From the IMG/VR virus record IMGVR_UViG_3300029876_000011: a stretch of DNA of 50,705 bases. One strand, given 5' to 3'. Positions 38,320 through 45,766 of the stretch are shown here, in pieces (position 1 is the stretch's first letter; each line of letters starts with the position of its first letter). A program made the translations under genes and the position numbers. The notes under the pieces were generated by a model. The model saw only the letters and a program-made list of their open reading frames with translations. It was not told the origin of the DNA and did not search any database. This stretch comes from a virus.

Positions 38320-38658
38320 CTAGAAAGGTAAGTCCTGATCCGTTATTTGATAATCTGTAAATGTATCTTGTTCTTTTGTTTCAACTTGTTGTTGCTGCTG
38401 TCTCTGTACATTTTCTACAACATCAAATTCAGATATAAATATGTATTCATACTTCTTACCATTTACATCATCACATTTTAACCAGGCATTTTTAATTTTA
38501 ATATCTGTTTTATTTTCTAATTCAACACCCTTTTTAAATCTACAATTTTTATACCAATTAACATAATTTCCATCTTGTTTTTTATCACTTAGACTTAATG
38601 AATAATATCCATTTTCATTTTTAAATACTTTTACTGAATAATCACTTGTTATATTCAT
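38320..38658 (-). CDS. SSB-like OB-fold protein (Gln-rich linker, acidic tail ending DLPF)
   Basis: C-terminus QQQQQVETKEQDTFTDYQITDQDLPF resembles the SSB D-(I/L)-P-F tail; stop abuts the recombinase start. Confidence 0.45.
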   Translation of the reverse strand: MNITSDYSVKVFKNENGYYSLSLSDKKQDGNYVNWYKNCRFKKGVELENKTDIKIKNAWLKCDDVNGKKYEYIFISEFDVVENVQRQQQQQVETKEQDTFTDYQITDQDLPF

Positions 38659-38799
38659 TTACTATTGCTCCTTTCTAATATTACCTTTTGCTTATCTCCA
38701 TCACATATAAAATTAAATGTTTCACAATGCAAGAAAGATAATCTTTCTAATTCTATGAGTGGCAATTTTGCATAATCAATTTCAATCATTTCCACTCTC

Positions 38800-39105
38800 C
38801 TATTCTTCTGGCTTTTTATCTAATTCTTCTAATTGCTTATTTATTGCTTGTAATTCTTTAAATGTAATAGGAACTGAGTGACCATAATGATCTCGTTTCT
38901 CTACTTCGCACTTTTCTACTTGCTTGCTAATTAGAAAATCAATCATAAAATAATCATCCCAAATTGAATTTTCAGGTATGCTTTTTATATATATAATATC
39001 CCATTCATTTGCAGAACGTTTTTTATATCCTAACTCTTCAAACATTTCTTCTACACTTATTTCTTTCTCTCTATTAACTATTTTTGTTGTTGCCATATTT
39101 ATCAC
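38800..39105 (-). CDS. Hypothetical protein, paralog family 2 (with 47436..47645)
   Basis: Shares EEMFEELGYK and ELQAINKQLEEL with 47436..47645. Confidence 0.4.
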   Translation of the reverse strand: MINMATTKIVNREKEISVEEMFEELGYKKRSANEWDIIYIKSIPENSIWDDYFMIDFLISKQVEKCEVEKRDHYGHSVPITFKELQAINKQLEELDKKPEE

Positions 39106-39202
39106 TCTCCTTTTTTTCCATATATTGGTTGCAACATTACCTATATATTATATTGCACTATATAAATGTTGATTTTTCCTTTATTTCATAAGGCATTGAG
39201 CC

Positions 39203-39364
39203 TTATTTTTTATGTAAAATAGTTTTTATGATTTTTGGTAGTAGTTTTTCTTTATAAAACACATAATGGCAGTCTGTTGCTCTAGTTATATATTTTACTT
39301 TTATGTCTTTTCTACTAATAAATTTTTCTAAATCAACTATCCATTCAAAGTGGTCTACTTTCAT
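39203..39364 (-). CDS. Small ORF (53 aa), not in the ORF track; C-terminus encoded by the repeated element-1
   Basis: Hand translation MKVDHFEWIVDLEKFISRKD...PKIIKTILHKK, verified codon by codon. Confidence 0.3.
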   Translation of the reverse strand: MKVDHFEWIVDLEKFISRKDIKVKYITRATDCHYVFYKEKLLPKIIKTILHKK

Positions 39365-39383
39365 TTTTTTCACTCTCCTTTCT

Positions 39384-39560
39384 CTACTTATTTTTATGTA
39401 AAATATTTTTTATGATTTTTGAACCAGTATCAAACATATTTTTTATAAAATCTGATATGGTATAATCTAGTAATTCATCTAGTATTTGAAATAAACTAAC
39501 CGCTAAACATATTAAATATAATGTTGCTAATACAAATAACATAAATATTATAAAATCCAT
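39384..39560 (-). CDS. Small membrane ORF (58 aa), not in the ORF track; C-terminus encoded by element-1
   Basis: MDFIIFMLFVLATLYLICLAVSLFQILDELL...SKIIKNILHKNK; ATG abuts the stop of 39561..39788. Confidence 0.3.
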   Translation of the reverse strand: MDFIIFMLFVLATLYLICLAVSLFQILDELLDYTISDFIKNMFDTGSKIIKNILHKNK

Positions 39561-39788
39561 CTATTCACTCTCCTTGTTAATAATTTTCATAACTTCATCT
39601 ATTACCTTTTCAGTTAATTTATCTGCTTGTTCATCAATTAGTTTATTTAGATCATTTAATTCTTCTTCTTTAATAATGCCTTTTCTAATTAATATAATAA
39701 CTAATGATATAAATTGTGCATTTAGTTTAATGGATTCTTGTCTTAAATCATTATTTAATACCTCTCGTTTAATTTCTTCTCTTGTCAT
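39561..39788 (-). CDS. Hypothetical protein
   Basis: 75 aa helical. Confidence 0.4.
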   Translation of the reverse strand: MTREEIKREVLNNDLRQESIKLNAQFISLVIILIRKGIIKEEELNDLNKLIDEQADKLTEKVIDEVMKIINKESE

Positions 39789-39989
39789 CTATTCACCTCT
39801 TTAAATAAATTTATTATTTGAAAATTTCTGTCTATATTTAAACAAAAATTTTGGATGGTACTTATTCAGTAAATGCAACAATAATTTTTCAATAATACTT
39901 TTTAGGTATCTGAAAAACCATATTGTATGATTTACCACTTTGTAATATTGCATTACATTCACCTTTCGTATTTTTTAATCACATTATAT

Positions 39990-40151
39990 TTAGTTTTCTT
40001 TATTGGAATAAAAGTTTGTATAATCTTCAATGGCTTTTATTTTGTTGTTAAGTCTCTCGATTTCATAATCTTTGAATTTTATCTCATTTTTATATTTGTC
40101 TAGGAGATAACCTAATTCATCAATTACTTCTAAGATGTTTTTTTCATTCAT
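39990..40151 (-). CDS. Small ORF (53 aa), not in the ORF track
   Basis: MNEKNILEVIDELGYLLDKYKNEIKFKDYEIERLNNKIKAIEDYTNFYSNKEN; downstream of cro. Confidence 0.3.
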   Translation of the reverse strand: MNEKNILEVIDELGYLLDKYKNEIKFKDYEIERLNNKIKAIEDYTNFYSNKEN

Positions 40152-40247
40152 TACTTTGTCCTCCATAGAAAATTTTCTTGCAATACTAATAATACAAACT
40201 TGTGTTCTCTATTTCAATATTTCAGTTAATTCTACATATTAGAGTTA

Positions 40248-40469
40248 TTATTCCTTTTTCCACAACAGCCACATATCTGAATAAGGACCTATTAGTTCAT
40301 CTTCAAACACCTCATAGAACCTTTCCATAAGTCCAAATGATGGATTAGATTTACCACTCTCAATATCTGAATAATGCTGCCTAGTTATGTCTAATTGTTC
40401 AGCAAAGTATTTAATACTTCTTTTGCCTTTTTCTCTTGTTCTCCTAAACTTTATTAGAGTAAACCTCAT
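40248..40469 (-). CDS. cro: Cro-like XRE-family HTH protein
   Basis: 73 aa with YFAEQLDITRQHYSDIESGKSNPS helix-turn-helix; divergent from the cI-like gene. Confidence 0.6.
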   Translation of the reverse strand: MRFTLIKFRRTREKGKRSIKYFAEQLDITRQHYSDIESGKSNPSFGLMERFYEVFEDELIGPYSDMWLLWKKE

Positions 40470-40558
40470 ATTTATTTATCACCTCCTAACAATGTTTCTT
40501 ATTGAAAGGTAATTTTACTTTTTGAAGCATACAATTCACCTCACTACCATCTATTACC

Positions 40559-40587
40559 ATTTTACTATATTTAAATAATTTTGTCAA
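40559..40587 (-). promoter_or_regulatory. Consensus promoter TTGACA-N17-TAAAAT for the cro-side early transcript
   Basis: Minus strand reads TTGACAaaattatttaaatatagTAAAATgg; 90 nt upstream of the cro ATG. Two copies of the 17-nt motif lie in the switch region. Confidence 0.55.
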
Positions 40588-40671
40588 TAATAAATTGTCA
40601 TTTTCAAACTTAAAGTTTTACTTTTTGAATACTTTAGTGTATATTTATATTTGATAAATTAGAAAGGAAGT

Positions 40672-41046
40672 GTGGAAATGACTAAAATACAAAAGTCATT
40701 AGATACTAAGGAAATTGGAGAAAAGGTTAGGCAATTAAGGAAAGCAAGATCAATGAGGCAAGATGAACTTGGAGAAGTTTTAGGAGGTTTAAGTAGAGGA
40801 CAAGTAAGTAATTTAGAAACAGGGAGAAGAAATTTAAATATTCATCAAATAAAAATATTAGCAGACTTTTTTGGAGTATCTTTAGAAACATTAGGATTAA
40901 AAACAGAAGAAGTAGAAGTTAATGATTTATTGGCTCGTGCAAAATTAATTTTTGAAAATGATACTGTACCTTTTGAAGAAAAACAAGAATTGAGTGAAGA
41001 AATTATGAAAATGTATATCATAGCAAAGGAGCAAATAAAAAAATAG
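40672..41046 (+). CDS. cI: cI-like XRE-family repressor (HTH only, no S24 peptidase domain)
   Basis: IGEKVRQLRKARSMRQDELGEVLGGLSRGQVSNLETGRR helix-turn-helix; plus strand, upstream of int. Confidence 0.65.
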   Translation: MEMTKIQKSLDTKEIGEKVRQLRKARSMRQDELGEVLGGLSRGQVSNLETGRRNLNIHQIKILADFFGVSLETLGLKTEEVEVNDLLARAKLIFENDTVPFEEKQELSEEIMKMYIIAKEQIKK

Positions 41047-41496
41047 AAGTATCTCTATTTGATACTTCAAGGAGGTGATATTTTATGCTTTAGAGCCATA
41101 TATTAGTTTTATCTCTTTTTAATTTTTTTATTTCTTCTTCTGTATAGAAGCAGTTTTCATTATCTTTAAATAAACGATTGCAACCATCATATAATCTTTT
41201 TTGTAGGCTTTTTTCTTATAACAGTATGTTTCATAATATCACCTCCTAATCAACTATAACAAAATTGATTAAGAATATATTATTAAGATACTTCTTTAAC
41301 TTTAATTTTAATTTTTAAATTATTTTGGTTGGCATATAATTCATACAATAACTCATAGAATTTAGTAATATTCACATTATCAATCCTTTCTTATCACATT
41401 GTGAAAGATAAATGCTTCAAATAGTATATTTAATAACTACATTATGAAACAAAATATAATATTATTACAACTAGAATTTAAAGGGGATATTGGAAA

Positions 41497-42855
41497 ATGA
41501 AAGCAAAAAGAATAGCAGGATATGTTAGGGTTTCACACGATGAACAAAAGAAATATGGCTATTCAGTTCAAGCACAAATAGATAGGATTATAAGGTATGC
41601 AGAAGAAAATAAATGTCAATTAGTAGAAATATATGTTGATGAGGGTTTTACTGCTACAAAAATGAAAAGACCTGATTTATTAAGAATGTTAAACGATTTA
41701 GATAAATTTGATGTACTTGTATTTACTCGTTTGGATCGTTTCTCTAGGAATGTATTACAAGCAAACAAAATGGTTGAGATTATGGAAGAATACAATGTAG
41801 CCATTAAATCAATTGAAGAAGAAGATATTGATACAACTACTGCTGATGGTAAGTTCAACTTCAATTTAAGGGTATCACTCGCCCAAAGGGAAGCAGAAAA
41901 GACAAGCGAACGGATTAAATCAATATTTGAATTTAAGATTAAACAAGGGCAACCAGTAAGTGGTAACCAACCTTATGGTTATAAAATCGTAACCAAAGAC
42001 AATAAGAAAACAATCGTTAAAGATCCTGAACTTATACCTATTGTAAATGATATATTTGAATATTTTGCTAAACATCATACTATAAGAGGCACTATGACAT
42101 ATATTAATGGTAAATACGACATAAGCAAAAATTACAATTGTATTTATAGAATGCTAACAAGTACTGAATACTATGGACTATATGAAGGTAACCCTAATTA
42201 CTACCCTCCATACATCACAAAAGAAGAATTTGAAAAGAACGTACAAAGAAGAAAAGCAAATGTTAAAGGAAGAAAAGGAACTAATGTTTATCTATTCACC
42301 TCCCTAATGAAATGCCCTTTTTGTGGGTTTAAAATGGTTGGTAAGTTCACCAAAAGAAAAAACAAAAATGGGACAATTAGAGAATACTGGGGTTACATTT
42401 GTAGCAACAACCAAAGAAATAAAGCATGTGCTAGTGGTAAGGTTATTAATGAAAATGTAATTTTAGACTTCCTTTTAAAAAATGTTGAAAAACTCGCTCA
42501 AAAACATATTGCAGAAGTTATGGAAGTTAAACCAGCAGATAAAACCGATTTACCTCAAAATCGGATTAATGAAATTTTAGAGGAAATTGACAACTTAAAT
42601 TATATGTTCCAAAAGAAAAGAATTGACATTAAAAAGTATGATAAAGAATATGAGGCACTTGAAAAAGAACTAGCAAACTTACAAAAAGAAACACCAAAGG
42701 AAACTGATATTACTATATTAGAAGAATTTTTAAAGAGTGATTGGAAAGATGTTTATAACTCTTTAGACAAAGAAAATCAAAGGGCTTTATGGAGAAATTT
42801 GATAAAGGAAATTAAGTTTAATAAAGATTTTAAAATAGATGTAGATTTCTTATAA
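41497..42855 (+). CDS. int: Large serine recombinase (integrase)
   Basis: N-terminal resolvase catalytic domain with RIAGYVRVSHDEQ (Ser nucleophile); recombinase domain; zinc ribbon CPFCGF...C..C; C-terminal coiled-coil. Confidence 0.85.
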   Translation: MKAKRIAGYVRVSHDEQKKYGYSVQAQIDRIIRYAEENKCQLVEIYVDEGFTATKMKRPDLLRMLNDLDKFDVLVFTRLDRFSRNVLQANKMVEIMEEYNVAIKSIEEEDIDTTTADGKFNFNLRVSLAQREAEKTSERIKSIFEFKIKQGQPVSGNQPYGYKIVTKDNKKTIVKDPELIPIVNDIFEYFAKHHTIRGTMTYINGKYDISKNYNCIYRMLTSTEYYGLYEGNPNYYPPYITKEEFEKNVQRRKANVKGRKGTNVYLFTSLMKCPFCGFKMVGKFTKRKNKNGTIREYWGYICSNNQRNKACASGKVINENVILDFLLKNVEKLAQKHIAEVMEVKPADKTDLPQNRINEILEEIDNLNYMFQKKRIDIKKYDKEYEALEKELANLQKETPKETDITILEEFLKSDWKDVYNSLDKENQRALWRNLIKEIKFNKDFKIDVDFL

Positions 42856-42860
42856 TATTC

Positions 42861-42908
42861 GTGTTCATAACTACATATAGCCAAGTGGTTAAAGTTAGAT
42901 ATGAACAT
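42861..42908. other. Candidate attP: imperfect inverted repeat gtgttcata ... tatgaacat around ccaagtggttaa
   Basis: 8 of 9 bp complementary arms, 30 bp apart, immediately 3' of the serine integrase gene; the size fits serine-integrase attP sites. Confidence 0.25.
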
Positions 42909-42911
42909 AAA

Positions 42912-42948
42912 AGAAACCCTTGATAATCCTATGTTATCAGGGGTTTTC
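42912..42948 (+). terminator. Rho-independent terminator after int
   Basis: 13-bp stem aaacccttgataa / ttatcaggggttt (1 mismatch) followed by TTTT. Confidence 0.55.
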
Positions 42949-43109
42949 TAATGTACCATACTATAAAATTTTATAATTAATTCCATTACTTCTTTTTCAT
43001 TGTATCTATCTTGTATCATTTCTAACACCTCATGATATTCAATTTCTTCTTTCACTTTTTCATTATAAATATCTACTGCTTTGCTAAGTTCTGCATACCA
43101 TTTAAACAT
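42948..43109 (-). CDS. Small ORF (53 aa), not in the ORF track; intact member of paralog family 3
   Basis: MFKWYAELSKAVDIYNEKVKEEIEYHEVLEMIQDRYNEKEVMELIIKFYSMVH, verified by hand. Confidence 0.35.
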   Translation of the reverse strand: MFKWYAELSKAVDIYNEKVKEEIEYHEVLEMIQDRYNEKEVMELIIKFYSMVH

Positions 43110-43160
43110 AAAATACCTCCAATATAAATTAAATTTTATTATATTAGAAATATTATTTTA

Positions 43161-43189
43161 AATCAAAGAAAAAGAACCCTTAAAGGGTT
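43161..43189 (-). terminator. Hairpin gaaccctt-a-aagggttc followed by TTTTTCTTTGAT on the minus strand
   Basis: Perfect 8-bp stem with a T-run on the minus strand. Confidence 0.45.
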
Positions 43190-43353
43190 CAGGCTTCTTT
43201 AAATATTTCTATGATTGTACTTAACATTTCAACTGGATCTTCTGTGTCGTTTATTTCATCAATCACTTCCCAGTATTCAAGATGTTGTTCTTCTTTTCTA
43301 TTTGAGTTGTATTTATCAATAGCCATATTTAAAATTTCTGCATATAATATCAT
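43188..43353 (-). pseudogene. Frameshifted copy of paralog family 3 (1-nt insertion)
   Basis: MILYAEILNMAY then stop; the next frame continues IDKYNSNRKEEQHLEYWEVIDEINDTEDPVEMLSTIIEIFKEA. The intact paralog reads AVDIYNEKVKEE at the equivalent position; the extra base is in plus-strand caataagcc (~43318-43321). Confidence 0.35.
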
Positions 43354-43415
43354 TTTCAATTACTCCCTTAAAATTTATTATTTGAAGCATAAGAGGGAAA
43401 TTAATCCCTCTCTTT

Positions 43416-43673
43416 TTATTTTACTATTACTAGTTTTGCTCTAAATCTTGCAAATGTACTTTCTATAATTTCATATTCAAATTCATCATCTGCTACTACA
43501 CGCATATTTGATATTAATACTGCATTTATATCCCTTTCTGACAATCTTGTTATTGCCTGTGACATATTGTTTACTGTTTCTGCTGTATCAACTCCATGTA
43601 ACATTGCATAATTTAAACACTTTGCAATTTGATCTTCAACATCTTTACCTTTTGCTAAAATAAGAAGTTTCAT
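43416..43673 (-). CDS. Hypothetical protein
   Basis: 85 aa; driven by cassette copy B. Confidence 0.4.
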   Translation of the reverse strand: MKLLILAKGKDVEDQIAKCLNYAMLHGVDTAETVNNMSQAITRLSERDINAVLISNMRVVADDEFEYEIIESTFARFRAKLVIVK

Positions 43674-43689
43674 TTTTTGTTTTCCCCTT

Positions 43690-43762
43690 TGATGTTTTAG
43701 TAGGTTATTTCTTAACCTCTATATATATAATAACATATATAATAATACATATCAATAGATTT
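43690..43762 (-). promoter_or_regulatory. Promoter/leader cassette family P-I, copy B (TTGATA-N17-TATTAT, leader hairpin aggttaagaaataacct, RBS AAAGGGG)
   Basis: -35 at 43750-43755, -10 at 43727-43732; the leader is near-identical to copies at 32110-32200 and 44045-44114. Confidence 0.5.
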
Positions 43763-43824
43763 GCTTCTAATTTATTATTTAGTTTATTATTTGAAGCATA
43801 AGAGGGAGATTAATCCCTCTCGTT

Positions 43825-44034
43825 TTATTTTCTTATGATGTTGTATTTCTTATATTCATTAAAAAAATCTGCTTTTTTTAATCTATCAATCTTTACTACT
43901 TTAAATTCATCTTTGTTAAATACTTCATGAGTTGTATCTCCAATTTGTTCTTTCATTTTATTACTTAATGTTGAACTAAATATCACTCCTCTTTGTTTTT
44001 GATCCTTTGTTAATTTGCGGTAGATGTTCTTCAT
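43825..44034 (-). CDS. Hypothetical basic protein
   Basis: 69 aa; driven by cassette copy C. Confidence 0.4.
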   Translation of the reverse strand: MKNIYRKLTKDQKQRGVIFSSTLSNKMKEQIGDTTHEVFNKDEFKVVKIDRLKKADFFNEYKKYNIIRK

Positions 44035-44044
44035 TTTGTTTTCC

Positions 44045-44114
44045 CCTTTGATGTTTTAGTAGGTTATCTCTTAACCTCTATATATATAATAACATATATA
44101 TTTACACACATCAA
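44045..44114 (-). promoter_or_regulatory. Promoter/leader cassette family P-I, copy C (TTGATG-N17-TATTAT)
   Basis: -35 at 44109-44114, -10 at 44086-44091; same conserved leader. Confidence 0.5.
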
Positions 44115-44141
44115 ACAAAATGCTTCTATTTGAATACTTTT

Positions 44142-44357
44142 TTAAATTATAAATATTTTATCATTATCCATTGTTTCAATTGATCCGATCATTTCTAGTT
44201 CTTCTAACCATCGTGTGAAGAAATATTCTTCCTCACTATTTTCAATTCCTAGTAATCTTTTTAATTGGATAATGTCAGTAGTATAACCACCTTGTAACAT
44301 AGCAACTAATTCTAATAATTGAGTTTTAATTTTATTTTTAAGTTTTTCATTTGTCAT
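44142..44357 (-). CDS. Hypothetical protein
   Basis: 71 aa. Confidence 0.4.
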   Translation of the reverse strand: MTNEKLKNKIKTQLLELVAMLQGGYTTDIIQLKRLLGIENSEEEYFFTRWLEELEMIGSIETMDNDKIFII

Positions 44358-44373
44358 TTTTTATTCTTCCTTT

Positions 44374-44601
44374 CTATATTCCAATTCCTAATAATATATC
44401 TTCTGCATCATTTAATATTGATATTTTCTTTTCAATATATTTTACTTTATCTTTATATTCATTTAATGTTATTTCAGCACCTGTATAATTTTTATCTTGC
44501 TCTTTAAACTCTTCGATATCTTTTTTAATATCTTCTATTATTGATTTCATTGCTCCTAATTCTTGATTTAATTCTTTTAATTTTAATTCTATTTCTTTCA
44601 T
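44374..44601 (-). CDS. Hypothetical coiled-coil protein
   Basis: 75 aa. Confidence 0.4.
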   Translation of the reverse strand: MKEIELKLKELNQELGAMKSIIEDIKKDIEEFKEQDKNYTGAEITLNEYKDKVKYIEKKISILNDAEDILLGIGI

Positions 44602-44632
44602 TTTAATCTCTCCTTTTCTTAATTACACATAT

Positions 44633-44661
44633 ATTATAGCATATATTATAATATATATCAA
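44633..44661 (-). promoter_or_regulatory. Promoter family P-II, copy 1 (TTGATA-N17-TATAAT)
   Basis: Minus strand reads atgtaaattattaCTTGATAtatattataatatatgcTATAATat; near-identical copy at 50116-50144. Confidence 0.5.
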
Positions 44662-44689
44662 GTAATAATTTACATTTTTCTGACATTTT

Positions 44690-44720
44690 AACAAAATAAA
44701 AAAGGACTATATTAGTCCTC
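44690..44720 (-). terminator. Hairpin aggacta-tat-tagtcct followed by TTTTTTATTTT on the minus strand, after the hicB-like gene
   Basis: Perfect 7-bp stem with a T-run on the minus strand. Confidence 0.45.
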
Positions 44721-45149
44721 TTCCTCTTTGATATCCAATGTTTCCATTAATGCTTTTTGTAAAACTGCTGATACATTAACTCCACTTTCAATGGCTTTTT
44801 GATTTAAATATTTAGGTAAAGTTACTGCTTTTGTAATTGATTTATATTTATCCTTTTCTCTAAACCACTTCATATTTACATCAATATAAATTAGTTTTTG
44901 GTTATCCTTTAGTTTGATTTCTTTAGGATCGCTAGGCTCTTTAATTTCTCTTTCATCAGTTTCTAACTCTAAATAATGTAATCCTAATGCTTCTTTTCCT
45001 TTTTCAATAGTATCTTGTATGGACTTACCTCCAGTATAACAACCTTCTATATCAGGAAAATAAGCATTATATAACTCTTTTTCTGAATGTTTTTCAATAA
45101 CCATAGGATAACAAATAAAGTTTTTAGTCATGTTTTCCCTCCTTAACAA
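44712..45149 (-). CDS. hicB: HicB-family antitoxin-like protein (HicB fold plus C-terminal ribbon-helix-helix-like region); probable true start at MTKNFICYPMV
   Basis: NFICYPMVIEKHSEKELYNAYFPDIEGCYTGGKSIQDTIEKGKEAL matches the HicB/UPF0150 pattern; the upstream ATG lies inside an AAGGAGGG ribosome-binding site. Confidence 0.55.
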   Translation of the reverse strand: MLRRENMTKNFICYPMVIEKHSEKELYNAYFPDIEGCYTGGKSIQDTIEKGKEALGLHYLELETDEREIKEPSDPKEIKLKDNQKLIYIDVNMKWFREKDKYKSITKAVTLPKYLNQKAIESGVNVSAVLQKALMETLDIKEEED

Positions 45150-45154
45150 TATAT

Positions 45155-45182
45155 ATTATAACACATATTATATTATATTCAA
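45155..45182 (-). promoter_or_regulatory. Promoter TTGAAT-N16-TATAAT upstream of the hicB-like gene
   Basis: Minus strand reads TTGAATataatataatatgtgtTATAATatatattgttaaggaggg. Confidence 0.4.
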
Positions 45183-45220
45183 ATTTTAAAATAAATTAAC
45201 AATTTGAAGCAATTTAAATT

Positions 45221-45419
45221 TCAAAAGAACCTTTTTTCAAATATTTCATGAGTACATATACTATATACTAAATCTTCTATATCATCACCAGATATAAACC
45301 AACCATCATTTAAATAGCAAGTATTCTCTTTTATTTCAACTATACAATGATTATCTAGAAAATCCCCCACTTATATTTAATAATACTTCTTTATCTTGAC
45401 TTCTAATCCATAATTCCAT
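45221..45419 (-). pseudogene. Frameshifted small ORF at a G5 homopolymer (plus-strand C5 at 45364-45368)
   Basis: MELWIRSQDKEVLLNISGGFSR then stop; the other frame continues DFLDNHCIVEIKENTCYLNDGWFISGDDIEDLVYSICTHEIFEKRFF. The ATG overlaps the stop of 45419..45763 (TAATG). Confidence 0.35.
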
Positions 45420-45763
45420 TACTTTTCTCCTATTCTATATTCTGCAATTTCAAATAATTCTTTTGTTACGACTGATTTAATGGCTTGTTTATAAAATTTA
45501 TAGTGGTTAGTTGTTCCATTTTCTACTGGATAATCACATTGTACGAAGTGTGCATAATCATAACCTTTTAATGACACCTTATAGCCGTTAACATAATCTC
45601 CTACTTTAATTAAATCTATTATGTCATAACTAGCATCTTGAATGCTTTTTTTATTTATATAAAATCCATTTAATTTATATTCTCTTTCGTTAAAATCAAC
45701 TAACTCTTTTATTTTTTTTATTACCCCACCATATCGTACATACATTCCAACTTCTAATTTCAT
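45419..45763 (-). CDS. Hypothetical protein, paralog family 1
   Basis: See 33396..33767. Confidence 0.45.
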   Translation of the reverse strand: MKLEVGMYVRYGGVIKKIKELVDFNEREYKLNGFYINKKSIQDASYDIIDLIKVGDYVNGYKVSLKGYDYAHFVQCDYPVENGTTNHYKFYKQAIKSVVTKELFEIAEYRIGEK

Positions 45764-45766
45764 TAT

